Origin: a virus
Lineage: Duplodnaviria > Caudoviricetes
Length of the DNA stretch: 64,000 nucleotides
Virus record (IMG/VR): IMGVR_UViG_3300009183_004565
Direction: 5' to 3' (one strand)
Shown here: in pieces, positions 47,892-55,510 of the stretch
Numbering within the stretch: the stretch's first letter is position 1
How the letters are laid out: the number at the start of each line of letters is the position of its first letter
The notes under the pieces: model-generated
The model's input: the letters and a program-made list of their open reading frames with translations, nothing else
Databases searched by the model: none
Told to the model about the DNA's origin: nothing
Translations under genes and position numbers: made by a program

Positions 47892-48133
47892 GCAGACGAT
47901 ATAAAGTACTAGTGTTGGATCGTAAGATAGGACGTTGGGTACAAATAGACAACAATCCATATGACCCTACAGAACTGGCTCATCATTATCACATGAATAT
48001 GACTGAAGATGCAATGGTTGAAATAGATCGTTGGGTATTACAACACGACCTAGGACGTAGGCAATCGTTTGATATGTGGCAGTTACATGATGATCGTGCA
48101 TTAACAATGTTTTTATTAAAATGGGGAGAGTAA
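47888..48133 (+). CDS. Small paralogue 2
   Basis: Ends LHDDRALTMFLLKWGE; GTGA coupling. Confidence 0.65.
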   Translation: MSRRYKVLVLDRKIGRWVQIDNNPYDPTELAHHYHMNMTEDAMVEIDRWVLQHDLGRRQSFDMWQLHDDRALTMFLLKWGE

Positions 48134-48134
48134 C

Positions 48135-48314
48135 ATGAATTTTGCTTTGGTAATTTATACAGTAGTAGCAATGTCAGGTAAAAACGCAGACTTGGTACAG
48201 GCACGTGATTGGCGTCCTGTTGCTAGTTTTAGTACGGTAGAACTTTGCAATGATGCTGCACACTTGATGGGTATATCATCGGAACGGTATCGTTGTGTAC
48301 GATTAACAAAGTAA
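48135..48314 (+). CDS. 59-aa secreted/membrane peptide (not in ORF track)
   Basis: MNFALVIYTVVAMSG...CNDAA...YRCVRLTK; ggggag SD. Confidence 0.55.
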   Translation: MNFALVIYTVVAMSGKNADLVQARDWRPVASFSTVELCNDAAHLMGISSERYRCVRLTK

Positions 48315-48317
48315 GCA

Positions 48318-48551
48318 ATGAGTCTTGTATTTCCTGAAGATGGACGTTTTATTGCCACCGGTCCTTTTGACCAGGAAATGCCACATCACTATATAATCAT
48401 ACGTGACTATCGTTGGTTCAATCTGCACGAAGCAGAAATATATGAGTGGATGGATCAATGCTTGCCACAGGGCAGGAAACATCAACGAGGCATGGTTATT
48501 GTGATCGAAGATGAAAGTGATGTTAGTAATTTCCTATTGAGGTGGCAATGA
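48318..48551 (+). CDS. Small paralogue 3
   Basis: Ends IEDESDVSNFLLRWQ. Confidence 0.65.
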   Translation: MSLVFPEDGRFIATGPFDQEMPHHYIIIRDYRWFNLHEAEIYEWMDQCLPQGRKHQRGMVIVIEDESDVSNFLLRWQ

Positions 48552-48709
48552 CCCGGTATCGTAGTCCCAAAATGTCCGAAGCATGGGCTCGTATGCAATG
48601 GTGTGAGCAAATGTTTGGTGATCACGACATTCGTTGGTGGCGCGATCGAGGACATCTATTCTTTCGTTATGAGTCGGACTATATGCTATATTTGTTGAGG
48701 TGGGCTTAA
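48548..48709 (+). CDS. Small paralogue 4 (53 aa, not in ORF track)
   Basis: Ends FRYESDYMLYLLRWA; ATGA and TAATG coupling. Confidence 0.65.
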   Translation: MTRYRSPKMSEAWARMQWCEQMFGDHDIRWWRDRGHLFFRYESDYMLYLLRWA

Positions 48710-48969
48710 TGAGTTCTAGAATACACATTCCATTTGCAACAATGCAATCTAAAAAAGCCAAAATTGATTCTTGGCTTGAAGCCAATGCTGGCACCGGAAG
48801 TGCTAGATATGGTGGTAAAGAAGGCATAATTAATCATTGGCTCAACGGAGAAGATTACTGTTACTTTGACCAATTCACCACCAAAGACGGTTTATTCGAA
48901 ACCTTTGATACTGTATTTGTATTCCGCGACGAACGTGTAGCAACAGAGTTTGCCTTGAGGTTCGCATGA
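48709..48969 (+). CDS. Small paralogue 5
   Basis: Ends FRDERVATEFALRFA; TAATG start. Confidence 0.65.
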   Translation: MSSRIHIPFATMQSKKAKIDSWLEANAGTGSARYGGKEGIINHWLNGEDYCYFDQFTTKDGLFETFDTVFVFRDERVATEFALRFA

Positions 48970-49172
48970 TAGTAGAATTATATGACGTTGATGATGACAT
49001 CGAAACAGGTCTATGGGCACACAAAAACTGCCCAAGTTTTACTGGTTGGGTCATCATTGACGGTCATCCACATGATGACTATAGATCAATGTGTAAATTC
49101 TATTTCGCCGAAGAAAAAGATACTATGTTATTCCTGATGCGTTGGCAAGGTCAGTCTGATGTACACCTATAA
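48966..49172 (+). CDS. Small paralogue 6
   Basis: FAEEKDTMLFLMRWQ near the C-terminus. Confidence 0.65.
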   Translation: MIVELYDVDDDIETGLWAHKNCPSFTGWVIIDGHPHDDYRSMCKFYFAEEKDTMLFLMRWQGQSDVHL

Positions 49173-49365
49173 CAAAAAGCATTGGCCATATCAATTTCGT
49201 ATGCTGCCCAAATTGGATGCTTGGGAACAGATGTGTCAACTTGAGGCATATTGTTATGAACATTTCAAAAGTGGTAATTGGCGCAACAACGGACTTTACT
49301 TTGCATTTAAACGAGAATCAGATGCTGCACTATTTGTGTTGAGGTGGAACTGTGAAGGATCATAG
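49159..49365 (+). CDS. Small paralogue 7
   Basis: FKRESDAALFVLRWN near the C-terminus. Confidence 0.65.
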   Translation: MYTYNKKHWPYQFRMLPKLDAWEQMCQLEAYCYEHFKSGNWRNNGLYFAFKRESDAALFVLRWNCEGS

Positions 49366-49591
49366 CAACCCATTAAGCCGTCCTTATGAGGTTCGATTGG
49401 CCGAACAAGGATTTGTGTATAGAGTCAATTTACGGAACAGTATAGAACCGGATACCTTGGATGATTTAAACGATTGGCTAAAGGAACGTGGATTACGCCC
49501 AAAACAGGATTACATAATGAGTAATTGGGGATATTATTTTAAAGAAGACCAAAAAGAAACTGCCACATTGTTTGCTCTAAAATGGGCATAA
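49352..49591 (+). CDS. Small paralogue 8
   Basis: Ends FKEDQKETATLFALKWA. Confidence 0.65.
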   Translation: MKDHSNPLSRPYEVRLAEQGFVYRVNLRNSIEPDTLDDLNDWLKERGLRPKQDYIMSNWGYYFKEDQKETATLFALKWA

Positions 49592-49595
49592 ACTC

Positions 49596-49826
49596 ATGAC
49601 TAGTCCATATCACTTTCCTATTACTACAGTTCAAGATTCCTGGTCAACTACAAGTTATCCGGCCACAGCAGGAACAGGATTAAAACATACAACTATTACC
49701 GAAACCCACTATCCTGAGGGAAGTAGCACTAGACACGTAGAGACATATAGTGTTATAGTGTATGATGCTGCAGGAAGATTAAATGCTTACAACAATAGAT
49801 CCAACTATATTGACATATACGTATGA
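49596..49826 (+). CDS. Hypothetical protein
   Basis: 76-aa ORF, ATGA-coupled to uvsE. Confidence 0.5.
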   Translation: MTSPYHFPITTVQDSWSTTSYPATAGTGLKHTTITETHYPEGSSTRHVETYSVIVYDAAGRLNAYNNRSNYIDIYV

Positions 49827-50848
49827 TTAAACGAATTGGTTTTGCTTGCAAATGGTTAAATGATCCCTCCGAATGTGGGGGCATGAAAGTAAATGCTGTA
49901 GATCGTGACCTCAATGGCCGTAGCACTACTATGCGCTGGCTACGCGAACATCCTGCCGAAGCCGAACAGCGTCAGTGGGACATAATGAATCACAATGCCT
50001 CGGCTGCTGTAAAAATGATCGAGCGTGTGGCCACATTACCAGCTGAACGCAGAATGGTGCGGCTAGGCTCGGAAATGCTGCAAGGCTACACTGAAAAAGA
50101 CTGGCAGACATGGTGGCAGCAAGCAGATGTGCAACGCCATCTAGAACGGATATTTGCACCCATTGGTGAAACTGCACGACGTCTAGATGTACGCCTCAGC
50201 TTCCATCCCGGACAGTTTTGTGTGTTGGCCAGTGAAAATGACAACATAGTAAATAGATCTATAGAGGAGTTTGAATATCATGCAGATATGGCAAGATGGA
50301 TGGGCTACGGCACTTCGTTCCAGGACTTTAAAATCAATGTCCACATCTCGGGTAAACGCGGTCCGGCCGGTATCCGCAGTGCGCTCAGCCGACTCAGCCC
50401 TGAAGCAAGAAATTGCATCACAATCGAAAACGACGAAATGTCCTGGGGCATTGACGCCAGCCTTGAATTGGTCACGGACGTTGCTCTGGTGCTAGACCTA
50501 CACCACCACTGGATCAGAACCGGAGAATATATTGACCATAGAGATGATCGTATCAAGAGGATCCAGGATAGTTGGCGCGGTGTTCGTCCTGTTGTTCATT
50601 ACAGTACTAGTCGTGAGGATGTTGTGGTGGATCATGCATGCGATATCAAACCTGATCTAGATCGATTGTTAGCTGAAGGATACAAGAAACAAAAGCTCAG
50701 AGCACACAGTGACTTTGCATGGAATCGCGAAACAAATGCATGGGCACTAACACATTGGACATGGGCTGACATCATGGTTGAGGCCAAAGGCAAAAATCTT
50801 GCTAGTCAGCAATTGTACGAGCAACAACTGAATTTAACTGCTGACTAA
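49823..50848 (+). CDS. uvsE: UV-damage endonuclease (UvsE/UVDE)
   Basis: RIGFAC, RLGS, RLSFHPGQF, NVHISG, ITIENDE, LDLHHH, HYS, AHSD, IMVEAK. Confidence 0.93.
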   Translation: MIKRIGFACKWLNDPSECGGMKVNAVDRDLNGRSTTMRWLREHPAEAEQRQWDIMNHNASAAVKMIERVATLPAERRMVRLGSEMLQGYTEKDWQTWWQQADVQRHLERIFAPIGETARRLDVRLSFHPGQFCVLASENDNIVNRSIEEFEYHADMARWMGYGTSFQDFKINVHISGKRGPAGIRSALSRLSPEARNCITIENDEMSWGIDASLELVTDVALVLDLHHHWIRTGEYIDHRDDRIKRIQDSWRGVRPVVHYSTSREDVVVDHACDIKPDLDRLLAEGYKKQKLRAHSDFAWNRETNAWALTHWTWADIMVEAKGKNLASQQLYEQQLNLTAD

Positions 50849-51941
50849 AATCATTATACCAATCTTTTTCAACAATAAGACGCTGATTATGTTCCACAGC
50901 GTCTTTTATTTTGGCATAAATTTCAACTGGATCTTGAGTGCATAGATATTTCAATTGATCTAGAGCCTTGGTCCAGCGAATATTTTGATCAGGCTCGTTG
51001 TCATAACTTTCGTCAATTACATTATCAAATGTTTGAAATCCAAAACTTTTTAAATTTTTAAGATAATATTGCCCAGCAATTGCAACAATCAATCGACCGG
51101 CGATTAGTGGCTTAACTGTTTTTTCTGTGTAAAAATTAAAATGATTGACAGCATTTGTTTCTGCAATCAGTGTGTAGTAGGTTTGATTATACACTGTCAA
51201 CGGAATTACTTGACTCAAATTCATTTTATAACCATAATACTTCACATGATGTACGGTATGTTGTGGAGTTTCAATGAATTCAACACCATCGTATTCGGAA
51301 ATAAATTCATCTGATTGTCGAAGATCAATATTCCATCTTCTATGATAAGTCATTATATTTTTATCATTGAGATTGTTTTCAATGATATAGTTATAAACAA
51401 AATCTCGATGTGTACGTTGACAGCCTAGTAGGATATCAAAAAATTTTGATTTATTGCTATGTGGTATTAATTTTTCTTTAAGGAAGTTTGGCTGTATTAC
51501 TTTATAAAAATAATTGGAAGTATGAAACCAATCCATCCAATGATACACAACAGCATTATTAAATTTAACATTCAGAAACCCGGCCAAGAACATTGTTACT
51601 CTGGGCAAGTCCAATGACATCAATTGGTTCACTGTGGATTCGTGTAATTCTGAGCAGAATATTACACAATGACTGGAATGAGAGTAAACTTTATGAAAAC
51701 GTTCGACCCAAGTTTCTTCTGGTGGAAATGCTACATGAAAACCGGCAAATTTATTTTTATAATTACTAGCAACAAATTGATCGATAGTTGATTTATAATA
51801 GTAGTGATTGGAGTCAAATCTTAAATGGCTATTATGATCGTTACGATCGGCCAATTGAGCAAAATGAAATTCGGTGATGCCATTTGAATTGGATTCGGAG
51901 TCATGGTAGACTCCGGAATCCGGTATAAACCACTCTAACAT
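50802..51941 (-). CDS. Putative glycosyltransferase-like protein, paralogue 2
   Basis: LIAETN..FYTEKTVKPL..LKSFGFQTFDNVIDESYD, as in 41352-42611. Confidence 0.5.
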   Translation of the reverse strand: MLEWFIPDSGVYHDSESNSNGITEFHFAQLADRNDHNSHLRFDSNHYYYKSTIDQFVASNYKNKFAGFHVAFPPEETWVERFHKVYSHSSHCVIFCSELHESTVNQLMSLDLPRVTMFLAGFLNVKFNNAVVYHWMDWFHTSNYFYKVIQPNFLKEKLIPHSNKSKFFDILLGCQRTHRDFVYNYIIENNLNDKNIMTYHRRWNIDLRQSDEFISEYDGVEFIETPQHTVHHVKYYGYKMNLSQVIPLTVYNQTYYTLIAETNAVNHFNFYTEKTVKPLIAGRLIVAIAGQYYLKNLKSFGFQTFDNVIDESYDNEPDQNIRWTKALDQLKYLCTQDPVEIYAKIKDAVEHNQRLIVEKDWYNDFSQQLNSVVARTIAD

Positions 51942-51944
51942 TAA

Positions 51945-52256
51945 TTATGCTTTAGGTTTACTGGGGGCTTTTGCTTTTTTGACAGCGGTTTTAACTTTGG
52001 CTTCTACTTCAACTGCTGCTTTCTTTGCCTTGGTTGCTGTTTTCTTTGCTACAGTTTTGACTTCTTCTGTTACTACTGTTGCCACGGCTACTGCATCTTT
52101 GATATCAACTTTACCGTCATTGTTAACATCAAGTACATTGGGTTTAGTTACGCTGTCCAGCGGATGACGTTCGTCGCTTTTTGGTTGTTGACGACCGATC
52201 CAAAGAAAGAACCCAATACCAACTAAAAATGCTATAAGTACAAAAATTAAATCCAT
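51945..52256 (-). CDS. Membrane-anchored protein with EF-hand-like loop and K/A-rich tail
   Basis: N-terminal TM, DVNNDGKVDIKD, AKKTATKAKK tail; minus-strand SD AGGAGA (52263-52268) and ATAAATA (52281-52287). Confidence 0.65.
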   Translation of the reverse strand: MDLIFVLIAFLVGIGFFLWIGRQQPKSDERHPLDSVTKPNVLDVNNDGKVDIKDAVAVATVVTEEVKTVAKKTATKAKKAAVEVEAKVKTAVKKAKAPSKPKA

Positions 52257-52331
52257 TGAAAATCTCCTATATAGTTCGATTATTTATTATAGAGAAATGG
52301 AAAAATAAAATCATTATATATGCATATTCTC

Positions 52332-52362
52332 TGTTGCAACGCAGCATAAATTATAGTATAAT
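52332..52362 (+). promoter_or_regulatory. Sigma70-like promoter overlapped by a PhaR-box-like inverted repeat
   Basis: TGTTGC-AAC-GCAGCA 52332-52346 over TTGCAA (-35); 17 bp; TATAAT 52357-52362. Confidence 0.55.
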
Positions 52363-52391
52363 GTAGAAACATTACTTTTAAGGAGATTCAA

Positions 52392-52610
52392 ATGTTTACA
52401 GTAGATACCCTAGTTGACAATGCAGCCAAACAAACCAAACAAACCTTTACCCATATTCCCAACGACGATTTTCGTACTGGTCTGGAAAGCATCGTGGATG
52501 CACAGGCAGCATATACCAAAACCGTTTGGTCTACCACTGCAGATTTGTTAAAAACAGCCCAGGAAAACGTTGTTGCTTATTACACAACAAAATCTGTTGC
52601 TAAAAACTAA
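52392..52610 (+). CDS. Phasin-like amphipathic helical protein
   Basis: 72-aa A/T/Q-rich helical protein (IVDAQAAYTKTVWSTTADL); AAGGAG SD; PhaR-like box upstream. Confidence 0.45.
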   Translation: MFTVDTLVDNAAKQTKQTFTHIPNDDFRTGLESIVDAQAAYTKTVWSTTADLLKTAQENVVAYYTTKSVAKN

Positions 52611-52634
52611 ACAGTTGTAGCGATACAACAACCT

Positions 52635-52674
52635 AAAAGCCCTGCTTGACAGGGCTTTTTCTTTATGCTATACT
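52635..52674 (+). terminator. Terminator hairpin fused to the next early promoter
   Basis: aaaagccctg-cttga-cagggcttttt; TTGACA 52646-52651 lies in loop/stem, 17 bp, TATACT 52669-52674. Confidence 0.8.
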
Positions 52675-52708
52675 CGCTGTGTTATTAACTAATCCGACAG
52701 GAATAACC

Positions 52709-52987
52709 GTGAATAAACTCTTATTAAACTGCCGTCCTGGTACAGTTTTTGATGCTACTAACAAAGAGCATCGTAAATCCTACCACGTCTTTATTACCAA
52801 CTCAAGTTGGGGTCGTAGTCCTTATCAATTTATCCTTGAACCTGGGTTTGAGGATGTGCCCACCATGTGTCGTCATCGTCTTTGTGAATACTATGTAAAC
52901 AGGGAATTCTCTAACAGTATTAAATCTAAACGTGTTAACAAAGATGCAAGACTTACTGTAGTTAAACTAAAGCCAAAAAAAGATTGA
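52709..52987 (+). CDS. Hypothetical early protein
   Basis: GTG 52709 after agga SD; ORF-track TTG 52646 is the -35 box. Confidence 0.6.
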   Translation: MNKLLLNCRPGTVFDATNKEHRKSYHVFITNSSWGRSPYQFILEPGFEDVPTMCRHRLCEYYVNREFSNSIKSKRVNKDARLTVVKLKPKKD

Positions 52988-53012
52988 CCAAAAATACCCA
53001 TTTTGCTATAAT
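52984..53012 (+). promoter_or_regulatory. Early promoter, repeated cassette
   Basis: TTGACC-aaaaatacccattttgc-TATAAT. Confidence 0.8.
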
Positions 53013-53043
53013 TTAAAAACTGAATAACAAAACGGAGGTTGTA

Positions 53044-53436
53044 GTGGGTTTAGATCAATATGCTTATGCTGCTGCCAAAGCCAATATGGACTGGAACAAT
53101 AATAATCAGCGTGAACTCGCCTACTGGCGCAAGCATCCCAATTTGCAAGGTTGGATGGAGCAACTGTGGAGAGCAAAGGGCTGTCCGGGTGTTAGTAATA
53201 ATCTTGATATTGATAACAACGATGTCATCTTTAATGGTGTCGAAGTTGAACTCTCGTGGGAAGATTTAGATGCACTGGAGGAAGATGTTAGAAATAGTCG
53301 ACTTCCTAGTACAAGTGGATTCTTCTTTGGTAATCCGTCGGACGATTATTACTTGCAAGAAGATTTAGAATTTATTCGTAAAGCCCGTGCAGAAATTTTT
53401 ACAGGCCTCAAAGTTTTTTACAACTCATCTTGGTAA
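53044..53436 (+). CDS. Phage hypothetical protein (GLD..YWRKH type)
   Basis: MGLDQY, YWRKHPNLQGWM, GFFFG, YNSSW; ggagg SD. Confidence 0.7.
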   Translation: MGLDQYAYAAAKANMDWNNNNQRELAYWRKHPNLQGWMEQLWRAKGCPGVSNNLDIDNNDVIFNGVEVELSWEDLDALEEDVRNSRLPSTSGFFFGNPSDDYYLQEDLEFIRKARAEIFTGLKVFYNSSW

Positions 53437-53446
53437 AGGAAATACA

Positions 53447-53599
53447 ATGACTAAAGCACAACGATTTGCAGACGAAGCAGTTTATATTTTGCAACTAAAC
53501 AGCCGTGACGCTGTGAAATATATTCAGCGAAATGCTGGCTGTGACGAAACAACTGCTACCGCAGTATTTAAAACTACAGTGGCTCCTTATAAGAAATAA
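53447..53599 (+). CDS. Hypothetical protein
   Basis: ATG 53447 after aagga SD; TAATG-coupled to the next gene. Confidence 0.55.
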   Translation: MTKAQRFADEAVYILQLNSRDAVKYIQRNAGCDETTATAVFKTTVAPYKK

Positions 53600-53841
53600 T
53601 GAAAATCTTAATAATTATTGCTGCAATACTGGCTACAGGATGTGCAACTGAGCACAGAGCCTCAACCCAGGACCTTCGTAATGTGTACATTGACTGTACT
53701 AATAGACAGGCATTTGAAAACTATTATAACAAACAATTGCGACTTACGGATACTGGCAAGGCAACCATAGATCCGGTAGAGCAGCAATATTATGCAGCGA
53801 TTAAAGAAAAACTTTGGACGCTGAGGACTGTATGCAAATAA
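53599..53841 (+). CDS. Lipoprotein
   Basis: MKILIIIAAILATG-C lipobox. Confidence 0.75.
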   Translation: MKILIIIAAILATGCATEHRASTQDLRNVYIDCTNRQAFENYYNKQLRLTDTGKATIDPVEQQYYAAIKEKLWTLRTVCK

Positions 53842-54158
53842 AATCATTCATCGTTACCGTTACAATTCTAGCAGTAACTGGATGCAGCACTACCACTACT
53901 GCCAGAATGGATTTTCAATCAATCAATCAGTTTCGGGTTAATTGTGCGAAAAAACAAGAGCAACTGGACTTTTTATACAGCCAATGGCCTAGCAAAAAGG
54001 ATCAGTTTTTAAATGCAATGATGATCCGTAGCGACACTGGATTTGTCATGTCAGTGGCAGATGATACGTATCAAGAACGTAGATACTTGGATGAAGGACG
54101 TTATACTGCAGTTCTGAGATTACTAATAGATCAGGTGAAACAATGTCCAAACTATTAA
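53832..54158 (+). CDS. Lipoprotein (similar Cys pattern to the previous gene)
   Basis: MQIKSFIVTVTILAVTG-C lipobox; gagga SD before ATG 53832. Confidence 0.72.
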   Translation: MQIKSFIVTVTILAVTGCSTTTTARMDFQSINQFRVNCAKKQEQLDFLYSQWPSKKDQFLNAMMIRSDTGFVMSVADDTYQERRYLDEGRYTAVLRLLIDQVKQCPNY

Positions 54159-54712
54159 TTTTGTTAGTAACAGCGGGTGTCTGCAGCTCTGCCATGGCAG
54201 AATGCTACATGCGCTCTGCTACAGTTAAAGAATCCAAATCCACGGTTACAAGAATTGCAGACATCAAGCGTTATGTAACTCCTGTGGATGCAGAGCATTT
54301 TAAATGTACCGTGGGATTTAGAGCTGAAGTTAACCATGTGTGGCAAACCGGCGAAGGGCAAAGTATCGGAACTAACGGTGACAGCATTGATACTGTATGT
54401 ACCCAAGCACTAGATTCCGCACGTAGTTATTTGTTGGCCCGAGTCAGTAATGGTAAAATGTTAAATGAACAAGAAATGATTTGTACAGATCGCCCGGATC
54501 CAGAAGTCAAGTCCGTTAAAATTGGCGATATAGTACAGATATCAGAATTGGCACCACATCCACAAAAACCTGATTTCTTTGCGTATCGTGGAGCTCAATG
54601 TCGTTGGTTTGTAGAAACGGATGTCAATTTAGCAGCCAGAGACCTTTTTCAATGGCAAGGTATTGCCTGTAATGTGCGAAAAGGTGAATGGCAAGTGATT
54701 GACAAATTTTAA
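54143..54712 (+). CDS. Secreted Cys-rich protein
   Basis: Signal peptide ending AMA-E; six further Cys. Confidence 0.65.
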   Translation: MSKLLILLVTAGVCSSAMAECYMRSATVKESKSTVTRIADIKRYVTPVDAEHFKCTVGFRAEVNHVWQTGEGQSIGTNGDSIDTVCTQALDSARSYLLARVSNGKMLNEQEMICTDRPDPEVKSVKIGDIVQISELAPHPQKPDFFAYRGAQCRWFVETDVNLAARDLFQWQGIACNVRKGEWQVIDKF

Positions 54713-54727
54713 TCAACCTGTTATAAT
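54699..54727 (+). promoter_or_regulatory. Consensus sigma70 promoter with extended -10
   Basis: TTGACA-17 bp-TATAAT with TG; ATG 6 nt downstream. Confidence 0.85.
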
Positions 54728-54733
54728 ACAGCT

Positions 54734-54868
54734 ATGAATAAATTATTCCTAATTATAGTATTTGCAGCAACAGCGTTCGCTACCGGCTGTTCTACGGTAG
54801 CAGGAGCCGGTAAAGATATTACTAGCGGCGCCGAATATGTTCGTGATAAAATTGGAGGTAGTAAATGA
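54734..54868 (+). CDS. Entericidin EcnA/B-like lipopeptide (44 aa, not in ORF track)
   Basis: MNKLFLIIVFAATAFATG-CSTVAGAGKDITSGAEYVRDKIGGSK matches the EcnA/B C-x-T-x-x-G-x-G-K-D-I pattern. Confidence 0.75.
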   Translation: MNKLFLIIVFAATAFATGCSTVAGAGKDITSGAEYVRDKIGGSK

Positions 54869-55431
54869 AGAAGTTTCTAGTCCTGGTTCCTGTAGTTGCA
54901 GTCCTCGCTGCCTGTGGCACGACAGAAAAGTTTGAAAAGCGCACTGAGCAGATTACCGAGCGTCAAGAGAAGCTGGCGGAACGTGCAATTGACAAGGCTC
55001 CCAAGTGGATGACGCAACTGCCAGAATCTAGTGCCGCTGTGTATGCCAATGGTAGCGCAGTTAGTCGTGACTTTAGCATGGCCGATGAAAAGGCCAAACT
55101 GGTTGCACTTGGTAAGATTTGTACTGCAGCCGGTGGTGAAGTAGACAAGCAGAGCAAGATGTTCTTGAGTGACACAGAAGATACCAGTGTTGAGCGCAGT
55201 GAGAGTGCTATACGTTCCATGTGCCGCGGTGTAGATGTATCGGGTACCGAGATCATTGAAGTTAAACGTATTGCAGAAGGTGCACGTTTTAGGTCGTACA
55301 TTCTAGTTAGTTTACCCATGGGAGAAGCTAATCAACTGGCAATACGTAACGATCGTCGTCGAGCGGCAGCAGGTACCAAAGTACGTTCCGATCGAGCATT
55401 TGACGAAATGGATGCCAACAACAAACGATAG
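54865..55431 (+). CDS. Lipoprotein (LPP20-like)
   Basis: MKKFLVLVPVVAVLAA-C lipobox; APKWM..YANGSA..A..KA..AL pattern. Confidence 0.7.
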   Translation: MKKFLVLVPVVAVLAACGTTEKFEKRTEQITERQEKLAERAIDKAPKWMTQLPESSAAVYANGSAVSRDFSMADEKAKLVALGKICTAAGGEVDKQSKMFLSDTEDTSVERSESAIRSMCRGVDVSGTEIIEVKRIAEGARFRSYILVSLPMGEANQLAIRNDRRRAAAGTKVRSDRAFDEMDANNKR

Positions 55432-55444
55432 TAGCATTTTAAAC

Positions 55445-55470
55445 AAAAATGCCCTTCGGGGCATTTTTTT
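55445..55470 (+). terminator. Intrinsic terminator
   Basis: aaaaatgccc-TTCG-gggcatttttttt. Confidence 0.92.
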
Positions 55471-55510
55471 TGACAAAAACTTCTTAAATTCAAATACCAC
55501 TAAATACTAG

